The position numbers were made by a program, and so were the translations under genes. This document shows positions 51,051-62,828 of a stretch of 64,000 nucleotides of DNA, piece by piece (positions within the stretch are counted from its first letter, which is position 1; every line of letters starts with the position of its first letter). The DNA comes from Phoronis australis (lineage: Eukaryota > Animalia > Phoronida): the NCBI GenBank assembly GCA_002633005.1, contig NMRA01000022.1, positions 1,232,518-1,296,517 on the forward strand, in the 5' to 3' direction. The notes under the pieces are model-generated. The model had not been told where the DNA came from, did no database searches, and worked only from the letters and a program-made list of their open reading frames with translations.

Positions 51051-54009
51051 GTGAGGAAGATGATGGTGAAGAATGGAATGAGTGTGTAGTGACAGTGATG
51101 GCGAGTGTGATCATATTTCTGGTGGCAATTGTCATGGTGAGACCTTTAAGAAACGCTAGGAAATAGCGCATTCCTTGTAAGTAAACGAAATCCTTGAACA
51201 TCAGGTTACAAGCCAATGCCCACACGAACATTGTCCTTCACTTGGTCACCAACATTAGTTTTTATGTTTTGAGTCAGGTATGGTTGACAGTTAATTTTTT
51301 TCTTATTTATCTTGCACATGAACCCATGCCTCCCAAAGCAGAACGTTTCCCTGCTTGTTTAGAAGCATTCCAGGCCTACTTTTCTCTACATTTTTTCTAT
51401 AATTCCTACTTTTTGTCAAGATTTGATGGTGAGTAAATTCGTAAACCTACATGTAACAAAGAAACAGTTAGTTATCAGAACTAAAATAAAGTGCAGTAAT
51501 CATGCTAACTGTATCAGTTAGACGTTCGTGCTGTTGGATTGAACTATGACTCCTCTTTGACACTGGGAACTGGTATTTCAAGACAGACTGCGTGACATTG
51601 ACAGGGGCTGGCCATGAGTATATCTTCAGTTTCTAAAAGGAGAGGAGAACATGGAGTTTGCCTGACAAGCCTCGGGATTTTGACGAAATTTACATTAGGG
51701 GTTTTGCCCATGTCATAAACCTGAGACTCGTGTAGGATTCTCTATAAACGAAACATCGAATATTGTTGTATAAGCTGCCATGACTTAACACATAATCATT
51801 CCATAAAATTTTGTTCTGCACTCGTACAACGTTTCATACTTAACAAAACCACTACAAGGAGTTTACAGTCAACTTATATATAACAAAGAGTGAAATGCAA
51901 GCGGTACTTCGCGCATTCCCATAAGAAGGAGATCTAAGATATGACAGGTACTAGAAGTAACTTTAACCAAATTGTTTGTGAAAAATTATTTGTTTTCGAT
52001 ACTTCATTTAATAAACTATAGATCCACAAAAATCGGCGCATGGGATTTCAAAGTCTGGCTTTGTGGGTGAATTTACCAATATCCACGATTTGTACACGAT
52101 CCCTACGGATGTGCTATTTCCTAACAGAGAATCTTTCTTATCTGTCCAAAAACTAGGATCATTGTGAACCTGATGTAAAGTATTTTGAATCCGATTCACT
52201 GACTAACAGCAAACTGCAAATTTTGAGGGGTGGTAACTGAACTGATTTTCAGGTAAAATACACTGAAACGTACCCACAGCTTTTACTTTCTAGCTGTGTA
52301 GGACTGTTATTTGCTGCAAATAAATAACGGGTTGATTCAACCTCGGTCAACAAATTAATGCAGCAATTCTATAGAAAAAGCCTAAAAACAAACAGTTGAG
52401 TTTGTAAAAACGTTATCACAAAATCTGTAAAAATACATTCTTACATCATTTATTCAATATGTGGCCCAAGAGGTGCAACTTTTTTCATTTCTGAGCATGA
52501 ATGAAGACGTGTTGCTTACGCATCAACTGACCCTAGCCAATAGAATAAAAACGTGTTTATCGAATTTTTATGACTACTTTATTAACTCAATTAGCGTTTG
52601 TTGTAATAATTTACTATTTGCCATTATACATGTATTTTCTGGACAACAGAATATATATGCCCCGTGAGAATTGTCCGATCCGCTACAAAAACTTTACACA
52701 AAACACCACGATGGAATATCAAAAACGGAGTAACAGTTTGTCACAACATTTTTTCCATTTAAGAACTCTTGAGGTTTATATTCATAAAAGTTCCAATTTT
52801 GATGGCTCTTCAAACAGAAGGGGACCATTTTAACAAGAAATTTCTAATAAAGTTTTAGTGTTCGCGAAGCTGCGAAGCATGCCCTTGGACAAATTTTCAT
52901 ATGACTCTGATCTGCAATTTCTGGGATATGACATTGTGAAAACAGCCAAATTTGGGCATTTCCCTAAGGTCCCACTTAACGATGTAAGCATTTCTTGAAC
53001 GCGTGGAATCCAAATGTTTGTTATACGTGGCAACCAATAACATACTCACAATTTCTGCACTCTACAGGTGTAGACATCTTTGTTGCTAAAAGAAAAGTGT
53101 AGACCAATTGAACATCAAAATCTCTACTAACATTTTCTCGTGACATTTATATTAAATAATAATAATAAACATATGGCACACTTAATTTCAAGTAGTTTAG
53201 AATCTCATAAAACCACTTACGCTCTTGATAACCACTTTCTTCGGCATGTTTTCTAATTTCTTTAATCAACTCTGTATCTGCAAAGAGACATCAAGTACAA
53301 AACAATTGAAAGTAAATCAAAGTATTCGTGTAAACTATCACTGAAAATGAATGTAGTTTCAATTCTGTCATAACGCTCTGTGCATACAGTTCATAAACTT
53401 TTACGTATTAGCTTCACAACATACACAATCATATACAGTTCAGTTCTAAACTATAAACCAATCACGAACTTGGCAATAAACATTAATGACTACCATCAAA
53501 AAGCAAAAGTTTACCTGACACCGCACTTAAGACAGCACGTTATGCTTTCTGTAAACAAAACAACAAGATGACATTTTAGGACAGTGCTTCCGACTATGAA
53601 ATTGGTGGAAAAGACTTTCTAGATTAATATAATAATCATTTATCGTATTTGAAGCGACAAGCTTCAGGAAAAAGACATTTGATTAAGCGCAATAACATAC
53701 CTCCTGCTCTCACCCTCTCTGCAGTGAACATGCCAAATTCACATTTAAGAACTACGCAGTTTGGGTAAGTGATGGTGACTGTTTGCCAATACTTGAAAAT
53801 AATGAACAAATGCATGTGTAGTTATACACCGGCCAATACAAGCATATTAATGTTCAATAGTTAGTAATACATCAACCACTCACGCCTCCAAAATGCCCAG
53901 TTACGTGCAATGATTTCAACAGTGATATACAGGTCATTTGTGCAAGCATTGACTACAGTACATGTACATGGGTCGCCAACTTTAACATTGTCTTACATGC
54001 TATTCTTAA

Positions 54010-55152
54010 AGAGTTCCCATCATGACCCTGTGTCTTAAAAAGGAATTTTATTGACATCTTAAGAGAGTTAATAGCTCTTAGTACACATGTTGCTAAGAAA
54101 AAATCAAAAATTTCAAAAAAGTATTTATTTTTATGTTATCGGGTTTGTGCGTAATGGAGGAAACCTTCTCCGCCGTTGTTGTTTTTACCAGTACCATGCT
54201 GAGGAGTTGAGGAAAGTCCGCTGAGAGCCGCCTTTTTCAGACATGAAAAGGTGCTTTTGTGGAGACTGTGGTAACAACAACTTGACTGAGAACGCCGCTG
54301 TGTTCAAATTTCCTAAATACGTGAAAGTTGCACAGAAATGACATCCGTTTGTGCGCCGCACGACAGAGTGGAATGTCAGTGTGGAACATGCGATTCAGTC
54401 GGGAACCACACTTTTTTCGGCATATTCCAAAGAATCGTGTTTCGACCACACAAAAAGCGGCATTACGAGGAAGGACTCGCCACCTTGTAACTGCATTTGC
54501 AAATCTTATAAATAACGAACAAACTAATTCCATTCTAGGATGAATGATGCCAGGCCCTCGACCGCGGCCCAGATCGAGTGCTACTACATGTACACGTAAG
54601 CTTATGCATTGTGTTTAGACCGTGCTTATTACACTGTACATCATGGCAATAGTGAATACGAATAATCCAGAGTTACTGTCGCCTTTGCCAGTGATAATTA
54701 AGAGTCTATCTTGTGAATGAATATTGACCACTCCTTGGTTCAAATGGATGTGGCTCACACATGTCTGCAGCATTTCTCGTTCAAGTGGGTCGAATTCATA
54801 CGGCCTCAAAGCCGACGAAATTTTGCTAAGTGGGACATCGAATTCATTGTCTGATTCTTCAAGTACTTGAGTATGATGCCCGTGTCCATTCTTCTCTCTG
54901 TATGCATAATGATTGTCCAGTTCTCGCTCAAAATCGTCCTCGTCTTCTGACCTGCTGTGTTCCTCCATTGCAATCGATTGTCAAGTGACCAGCCATCTTC
55001 CACCTATTGCATCATTTGGCGGGAAACTTAAGAATTGAAAAATTCGCTACTTTTTAGCCTAAAAAGTGCTTAGTTAGTTAGATTTTATGGTATTCGTTTC
55101 ATAGTAGCTAACTGAAACCTCAAACACTAAGACAATGCATGGTGGAAACTCT
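54010..55152 (+). mobile_element. Kolobok K1, internally deleted
   Basis: TTAA on both sides. TIR agagttcccatcatg / catggtggaaactct. THAP remnant (+) from 54243 (MKRCFCGDCGN..FKFP..*HPFVRRT). Convergent acidic KolX-like start (-) from 54968 containing RPYEFDP. Confidence 0.85.
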
Positions 55153-55371
55153 TTAAAGTGTAATTTGCAAGGTCCAATGGTGCTAGATTGTTGCAATATC
55201 TTCAATGTATTGCTATTTGGATGTGTTTTATTCAAATTATCGTATAATTGTATCTTAAGTTATTTTAAAAAAGCGAAAAGTGGACCTTTGACACCGTGAC
55301 GTGGTGTTGGGAACACAAACCAGGTCATGTCCCACAATGAAGTTCACCGCCATTATATATCACAGTGCGTA

Positions 55372-55602
55372 CAGTGCTGATCGAATCCAATGTCCTATCG
55401 AACGAACTTCAGCCTCAGTCAGGCCTCGGGTGACCTTCAACCGGAGTGAGGTCAGGCTTCGCCCGGACGCGTTCTGAACTCGGTTGGGTTGTGACTCACC
55501 CTAAGACTGGCCTAGGTTGNCCTCGGTCCAACCGCGGTTTGGAACCCGTATCCGGACGCGGCCTAGCCGCGTTCGATAGGACGTTGGATTCGATCAGCAC
55601 TG
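55372..55602. mobile_element. Tc1/mariner-type MITE, TA TSD
   Basis: 33-bp TIR cagtgctgatcgaatccaaYgtcctatcgaacg with one mismatch, flanked by TA on both sides. Confidence 0.9.
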
Positions 55603-55643
55603 TACACGACGAAAAAGGACAATGCAATCTTAGCGTTTTAGGA

Positions 55644-55888
55644 ATGGTACATCGGTGTGTGTGCGCTAACTGTTCTAGCACCACCCAGGTGGAAGGTGTG
55701 AGCCCATTTAAATTCTAAAAAGACCAGCATCTGGCCGCGTAATGGCACGTTTTCGTGTGCACTGCTCGTCTTTGGAAAACGACTGTCAAGTCAGCCATTT
55801 GTCGGAACCAAAATATTCTCCGACCTTTTGAGGGGGGCTGCTTCGACGACAAACACATCATGAAGGTTGAAGCTGGTCTTATAGAAAG
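55644..55888 (+). pseudogene. THAP exon of Kolobok K2 transposase
   Basis: MVHRCVCANCSSTTQVEGVSPFKF*KDQHLAA*WHVFVCTARLW...FEGGCFD...|gtgagt. Confidence 0.75.
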
Positions 55889-56672
55889 GTGAGTTACCTT
55901 GATAATTTTGATATCTAAGAATTCATGACGCTTCCGCAGTGCCTGAACAATAACGATCTTTTTTCACAATCACCATTGATAGTTCTCAGGTGTTTAAAAT
56001 CTGTTTTTCCGTGAAAGATTTAGTTATAAATGGATTAGTTAAACTAAAAGCCACAACAAAGAAAGCTGATCTCAAAAGATTCGTGTATTTTGAAAAGAAT
56101 GCAGACCATGAATAAAGTAAAACACTATGGTAACTCAATTCCGAGGTTTTGATTTACTATTCTGCTTCGAAAAAACGGGATTAAAATCTAGTTTTGGCAT
56201 TTGCTTGGAGGTTATAAAAGTAGACGATTACTCTGGATTCAAAATGATTTCTTTTTTTACTTTTGAATTGCTGCTGTTGTGTTTTTCAAAGTATGCAAAT
56301 GAAGTACCTTGCACTTAGTGCGGAACAAAAGCGAAGCTGCAGATCTTGAAATTCGCATAGAAATTAATGTCCCTCCAATGCCATCTGCTGGTGCTCCAGA
56401 TGTGTTCAAGGAGGATGCCGTGGCACACATGAGGTTCCTTTATCCAGATAAATTCAGGCTGCTTTGTCAATGGACAGAAATGGAATTTCTCTCCGTCACA
56501 TATTAGTCACTACCAATGTTTTCAGAGATTACATTTTGTTAGTGGTACAGATAGCAATGCCAGAGTGTTTAAAGTACCAGTACTGGAAATTGTGAAAAGC
56601 TTTTGTGTGTGGCATTTGGCTGTCCCGTTTGTATAGATAAACCCAGTGATATACTATGTTCTTATATTGAAA

Positions 56673-56805
56673 CCAGTGGCGGATTTAGAGGGGGCCATGC
56701 CCCCTCCCTAAAATTCTCCCAGATTCCATTTGACAGTTCGGGGGTGCGTATGTCTGACGGGCAAAATCCTGCCCCCCCTAACTCAAAATCCTGGATCCGC
56801 CCCTG
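56673..56805 (+). mobile_element. hAT-like MITE (CAGTGGCGGAT...ATCCGCCCCTG)
   Basis: 11-bp TIR. A longer relative lies at 62260-62557 in the opposite orientation. Confidence 0.75.
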
Positions 56806-57136
56806 GAAGTATTTCAATGTTTCTTCAATACAATGACTATAATTATTGTTTCATAGCTTTTTAGGTATATTTGATTTGCTCTTAACTGTTGCTGTCCCAT
56901 ACAGTGGATCGGTATAGGAAAACTTTCTTAAGTGGGGGTGAAAGGTAACTGTTTGTGGCGTCAGTCCTTTCGTGCGACAATATCATCCAAATTGTACACA
57001 GAATAATCACTTGCACAGCATTCGAACATTTTCTTGGGAACTTTTGAGTGAGTGGTACAACCACTCCCTCCATATTTCCCACAGCCTACACATGCGCATG
57101 CTTTTTGTGTTTTCTTACCATGTCATTGACATTTAA

Positions 57137-57674
57137 AGGCGAAGGCAACCTTTTTCCATGTCATTTTGAGCTAAAATAAGGTTGGTTGGTTATCCTAGAC
57201 ATATTTTTCACTTAATTACAGATTTTCGTAATTTTATTAATTATTCGTCCGCTTTTCCGGAAGTGACGTTTTAGGAGGCAAGTGCTTCCCGCCAATTTCT
57301 TTTCACATAGTCTGACTGTGAGAGCTGCCGAGTCAGTCATTGTTCTACCTCGGTTGTGTTAAGTTCCGTCGTCGTTCGCTTTCATTTACTAGTCAGTCAA
57401 CATGCCACACTGTTGCTGCGTACCGGGATGTAGTAATTATCGGCTCACGCGCGCTTTGGGAGTGCCTTTGCATCGCTTTCCGATGGATGACACACTTCGC
57501 CGTACTTGGCTCGTTCGTGTGAAGAACGCAGCGTTACCCGTCCACGCAACGTACAAAGCAGTGGAGAATTACCGTGTGTGTGGCAAGCACTTTCTGCCGT
57601 CCGATTACGAAAGGGATTTGTACGCTGAACTGATGAAGGTCCCCGCGAAACAACGCTTGAAGAAGGATGCCATT
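57137..57674 (+). mobile_element. Kolobok-like K3, left end only (runs into assembly gap)
   Basis: Begins immediately after TTAA (57133-57136) with AGG. The duplicated flank at 57725-58097 lacks this sequence at the same TTAA. Confidence 0.75.
57402..57674 (+). CDS. Intact THAP zinc-finger domain (transposase N-terminus), truncated by gap
   Basis: MPHCCCVPGCSN...LHRFP...W...RVCGKHF...YERDL..ELM...RLKKDAI carries the complete C2CH signature with conserved P, W and F residues. Confidence 0.92.
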
Positions 57675-57724
57675 NNNNNNNNNNNNNNNNNNNNNNNNNN
57701 NNNNNNNNNNNNNNNNNNNNNNNN

Positions 57725-58097
57725 CCCCCCCCCCCCCCCTAACTCAAAATCCTGGATCCGCCCCTGGAAGTATTTCAATGTTTCTTCAATACAATGACTA
57801 TAATTATTGTGTCATAGCTTTTTAGGTATATTTGATTTGCACTTAACTGTTGCTGTCCCATACAGTGGATCGGTATAGGAAAACGTTCTTAAGTGGGGGT
57901 GAAAGGTAACTGTTTGTGGCGTCAGTCCTTTCGTGCGACAATATCATCCAAATTGTACACAGAATAATCACTTGCACAGCATTCGAACATTTTCTTGGGA
58001 ACTTTTGAGTGAGTGGTACAAGCACTCCCTCCATATTTCCCACAGCCTACACATGCGCATGCTTTTTGTGTTTTCTTGCCATGTCATTGACATTTAA
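57725..58097 (+). repeat. Near-identical duplicate of about 56771-57136 across a 50-N gap (probable second haplotype)
   Basis: Identical except for a few SNPs. Adjacent to the N-run. Confidence 0.9.
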
Positions 58098-58860
58098 AGC
58101 TATTGCATACTGGATCTTTTGGGTTGAGATTCAGTGGTTGCTGTGTCGTAATAGTTGATATTTCATTGAAGTACAGTAGAACTCGCTATGTTGGGTCCAG
58201 TGAGACTGAGATATTTCATCAAAGTCAGAGTTATTTGGAGGCGTTACTGCGGAATTAAAGCTAACCTTTCTAAAGTTCCCATTGAATCACTACCAATTAA
58301 GAGAGTTCTACTGCATAAGAAGAGGACACTAGATTCAGTCTCGACCTCAGACAATGGCCCAGATTTAAAACTTTTTTTATGTAACAGCCATACAGTTCAA
58401 TTTGTTCGCTTCAAGCACACAAAGTGAACTCCAATGAGACCAATTCTTCTGCTTACCTAGATAAACCATAAGTTTAAATGATGTTGAGTTTAGAGGTTTA
58501 TAATGTAGTTCTAGTTAAATTACACTTGTCATGACCATGTTATTGTAAGTAACCAGATTGATGACCATCAATAAAGGATGCTCTCTGTGTCAATTATTTA
58601 CCATTCTGAAACCACAGAAGTCTATTCATGGAATGTCAACTTCAATTCCGTGCCGCTGAGGTTGCGCTGCGATTGCATTCGTTTGTTACGATGTTTGTTC
58701 TTTCTATGGAATTTGTCACTACAAGTTTTTGAAACTCATCCGAATTACATAAGGCTAGTCCCCGAGTCATAAACTTTAATAATAGAATACATAGGTCATG
58801 TGCAGGAGCTGGCATTCCAGGGCTAAGACATTTGTTGATGTCTATAAATGGATGAAACTA

Positions 58861-59176
58861 TTAAGAAAATCCATGAAACTCAAAGTCCTCTTCATTTCCT
58901 TGAAAAAGAAAAAAGAAAAGCTCTGATGCAGGCCACTGTGCATGCTGGAATGACAACATGTACAGTTGGTCCTAAGTGACCGTGCTCCCATCTGTAGGCC
59001 ACGTGTCGCATCCTTTTATACAAGGGTCTGTCGTAGCCATCACGATATTGTCTTTTATATTGCAGCCATGCAGTCTCCAAAACATCACGATTGGGGTATA
59101 CAGGTTTAAAACACTCGTGATCCACAATACATTTTTTTCTGGGGTTGACTGAAAGTTGCCACAGTTGCACCTTCAG
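58861..59176 (-). pseudogene. KolX / P2X7 C-terminal ballast-like domain, last exon (frameshifted)
   Basis: CIVDHECFKPVYPNRDVLETAW...RMRHVAYR..HGHLG..VHVVIPACTVACIR..(fs)..EDFEFHGFS* matches the CIxxHxxF / RxxAYR / GxLG / IPxC / GF pattern. Confidence 0.88.
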
Positions 59177-60294
59177 TAAACATCAATCTTTCGAATTGAA
59201 AAAGTTACCAAGAGTGACTCTGCCAAATTTAAGTGAGGGGGCTGCATACGACTTCAGTTTCCAAGAAAACTGATTGTTCAGAATAAACCCCATTTGAGCA
59301 GCGACCTGTTTACAACAGAACAAAAATCAAATTTGTTTCCAAAAAACAAACTTTGGAACATCACAACCTATAGAAATGAATAATGCTACACCCAAGGCAG
59401 TGGTAGATCATGCCCGGGGATATAGTAATGGGAATTAGTTGCTTGATTTTAGCTGACCCTTAGACACAAGGTAGTTGCCCTGATTCATTGATGGAGTGGA
59501 CTGTTTTGTAAGTAGTCGTGAGACCTGTTCTGCCAATCTGAACCCTATCGACACCCACATACCATTAAGCAAACTAGACAATGCCATTGGGGTAAACCAA
59601 CTTAAAAAGCAGTGTTGCCACTCAAAGGGTCGCCCATATTTTAAATACTACAGTATACATTTCTTAAAACTTCTCCATATACTATATGGGCAATCACCAA
59701 TCCAATGGTATGCCCTCTATACTCTATGGAAACTTTACCAGGCGGTTCCTAACCAAGTAGTCGACTCGTACCCAGGCAATGTACCATTTTATTTATAAAT
59801 AATGGCAACATTGGGTCAATGTACATCGACATGAAATGGTTGTTTTCATTTCAAGCATCACCTTACAAAATAAAACTGTTTTGGAACACATGTTTACATT
59901 GATATGGGTCCGAGTTGACTTGGCTCTTGAGTACGAAAATGACGTGACCTGTTCTATAACCTATAAAATTACCCCTCCCCCCCTTTACATTTCACAGTCG
60001 CTTATTCCAAAGTGGCTCAGAAAAGTAGGAGACAATTTTGTGCAATGCTCAATTATCTGCCAGTGAAAGCCAGAATTGGAACCTGAGTCTCACGAGCTCA
60101 AAGCACTTAGCCACACCCTCTACAAATAATCAGAGTGATTTGCTAAAATACTGAAACTGGTATTTATCCACGGCTGAAACATGATTCACCAGTGGGGACG
60201 TCAGCGCCTGGGACTGACTGGTAAAGCACCTACTTTTGAATTAAGAAACACCAATTAATAATTCGCGGTAGTAGGATACATATAGTAAATATTC

Positions 60295-60558
60295 TTAACT
60301 ATCACTAACATCTGCCTGTGGATGTTCACTGGACGAACCGGCTGGGGCTACGTCTTCGACGACCGGAGAAAGGTCCGTGAAAGGGATCGAAGGAGACGGC
60401 TCCACCAAAGAAAAGCTGTGAACGCAAATTGTTCCTATGGGATCTGTCACCCCTTCCTCCACGTCCAAAATGTCGGGATCATCTGAAAAGTCCACCTGTC
60501 CGTCCCTGTATCTTTCAAAGTATTCCTCATCTACGATGCTGCACTCACTTGTACACAC
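60295..60558 (-). pseudogene. KolX acidic N-terminal exon of Kolobok K2
   Basis: Acidic ORF just inside the right TIR, on the same strand as and upstream of the ballast-like exon. Position is analogous to the K1 ORF at 54968. Confidence 0.6.
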
Positions 60559-61165
60559 ATTGTTTCCTTCGTGTCCCCCCTACACCACGTCATAGATGTG
60601 TAACTAACGAAAACGGCGCCGTTTCTATTCTCCGTTACAACAATGGCGTTACAACACCACGGCAGTTAATAAGTAAATAACTTTGTATAGGGACATAAAA
60701 TTCAGTTAATGTTAAAAATGTAGCAATGATAATTATAAACAAGAATTTAGACCATAATATTGTTCAGATTGGTTTGGCCTAGCAATTTTCTCTTTAAGGA
60801 GGCGACTCTCTAATTCAATGTGCACACTTCAGACAACATGGGTGAGTAGACGGCGTAGGCACTATTTACCGAAAGTAATATTTGCCATCACACCAGGTGC
60901 TGCTTGTGAATATTGGTACATGTAACGCAAGATCACAAAATTTAGCCACTGAAAATAAACAGAGTTGGCGGTCTGTGTGATAAAAAGTCAATGGTGGAAC
61001 GGCACTCCTACAATGCATCAAGAGATGTTGTGAAAACAGGTATACAAAGGGAGAATGTCCCAGATGGACAGTAATTGGGGTACATATTCATTTCCAGTTG
61101 TGTGTAAGCAGTTAATACCAATGTCCCAGTGTAGAGGAGTTGCTGTTGTTTTGCAATTCTATACG

Positions 61166-61198
61166 AATGAAATGAAATGAAATGAAATGAAATGAAAT
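61166..61198 (+). repeat. (GAAAT)n microsatellite
   Basis: Visible directly. Confidence 0.95.
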
Positions 61199-62259
61199 TT
61201 TCTTTGAGAATCTGACATGTGAGTCGAGTCTGTTGACGGTGTGTTCAGCAATGTAATGGTCGACCAAAGAAAAGATTTTGAAACAATCAAATGCATTTAA
61301 TGTATGCAATGTAAAATCTGCCTAGTATTTAAATGTTCATGCACAACACAATGACTGCCGCGGTAGTGTTTTTGCTGTGAAGCACAACGTGTATGGAATA
61401 CGCCACACAAATACGCTCTGTAAACCAGACTTTCATACCAAACCATATGGCCAAAATGTCTTGGATACTACTAAGTGTTAAGCTGTGCAATTTACTTCCG
61501 AATAATGTAGAGATGATCTAATTGACTTTTGTAAGACAGTTAACATATATTTTGATGGCTCGACACGTAAGTGCCATAGTTGTGAATACCGTAGGATTGT
61601 AAAGTTTTAGACAGTTGTTTTTCTCATTAAATGTCTATCTGTATGTAATTCTCTTAAAACAGTAAAGTCTTGTATAATTGTTCTTCAACTTCTGTAGGGG
61701 ACAAGCACATGTGCTAATGCCTTATATTTTTTATGTATTTATTATCATTTACAAACAATTACAAAAACAAACAAACAAATAAGTACACCATTCACTCGCG
61801 CATGCACACCTCAGGAAGACCATTCTCATATCTCGTTTAAAGTAAATATCTTTTACATGAAATTAACATGAACAATGAAGTTTTTCCCATTTCGCAGAGA
61901 AGCTGTCATATGCAAAGTTTTTATGTGCATTAAATTTTTCAGCATTATAGTATTCATAAGTTTTTGTAACGAACTTGAGAAAATTAGCTATATTTTTGTG
62001 ACATATCTCCTTGTAAATGTACTGTTTAGCTAGTAGAAGCAAAATGTTGAACAGAAAATCATGCCTCTTGTAAAGTCCAAGAATAACACTATCGTAAGAC
62101 AGACAGTTGGGAAGCTGAATGCCACACTTTTGAAGTACAGTAGCTTTCCGAATTCCTTATATGTTGGTGAACCATGCCAACGTGAAATACACCTTTACTT
62201 GCTCGTTTTTAGTACTTACTGTGAGTGATAAACACCATTTACGTTTTACTTTGAAATCT

Positions 62260-62557
62260 CATGGGCGGACCCAGGATTTTTAGTTAGGGGGACCAGGGCT
62301 CAGGAAAAAACAGAATTTCGCCTCATGCGCGCCAATCCTAAAATGTAGGGGTGTAGGGGGTCTCGAATCATTGGGTTTGTGGACCTTATTACTAAAAAAA
62401 CTGGGTTTGTTCAAGGCCTATGCATTGTGAATTCCCTCCCGAGCCCCCTGAGTGCGCGCATATACTAGTCAGCAATTCGCACCCGAACTGCCAAATGGAA
62501 TCTTGGAGAATTTTAGGGGGGCATGGTCCCTTTGTCCCCCCTCTAAATCCGCCACTG
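62260..62557 (-). mobile_element. hAT-like MITE related to 56673-56805
   Basis: Ends catgggcggac / atccgccactg. Shares ctaaaattctcc..gattccatttg.cagttcggg. Confidence 0.75.
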
Positions 62558-62737
62558 AACCTATTTACAAAGCACAAGTAGATAAAATTTTGTACCAAAG
62601 ATAAGTAATTTATTTTAGCGACGAATAACCAAAAATGCCAATAAAGTTCGTTTTAAGTTTGTAGGCGTATTTAGGTCCCTTGGTGGTGTAACTTTGAAAC
62701 GTTTTTTCTTAGCAGTCAAGAGGATTAGTTATGGGGT

Positions 62738-62744
62738 ATGCGTG

Positions 62745-62788
<44 letters not shown>

Positions 62789-62790
62789 TG
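62738..62790 (+). repeat. (TG)n microsatellite
   Basis: Visible directly. Confidence 0.95.
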
Positions 62791-62828
62791 TGGTGTTCTT
62801 TGTCTTTTTCTGGTATTATTATGCTTTT

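Larger units (their letters stand above)
55157..60793 (+). mobile_element. Kolobok K2, older and decayed, with nested insertions
   Basis: TTAA at 55153-55156 and 60794-60797. Termini match at 13 of 18 positions as inverted repeats. THAP at the left end (+) and KolX at the right end (-). Confidence 0.7.

Noticed and set aside
52008-53033. Two short minus-strand ORFs as possible host exons
   Set aside because: No recognisable domain and no phase-compatible exon chain found.
58892-59170. Host P2X purinoceptor 7 gene
   Set aside because: No channel or ectodomain exons. It lies within Kolobok termini opposite a THAP gene, so it is KolX.
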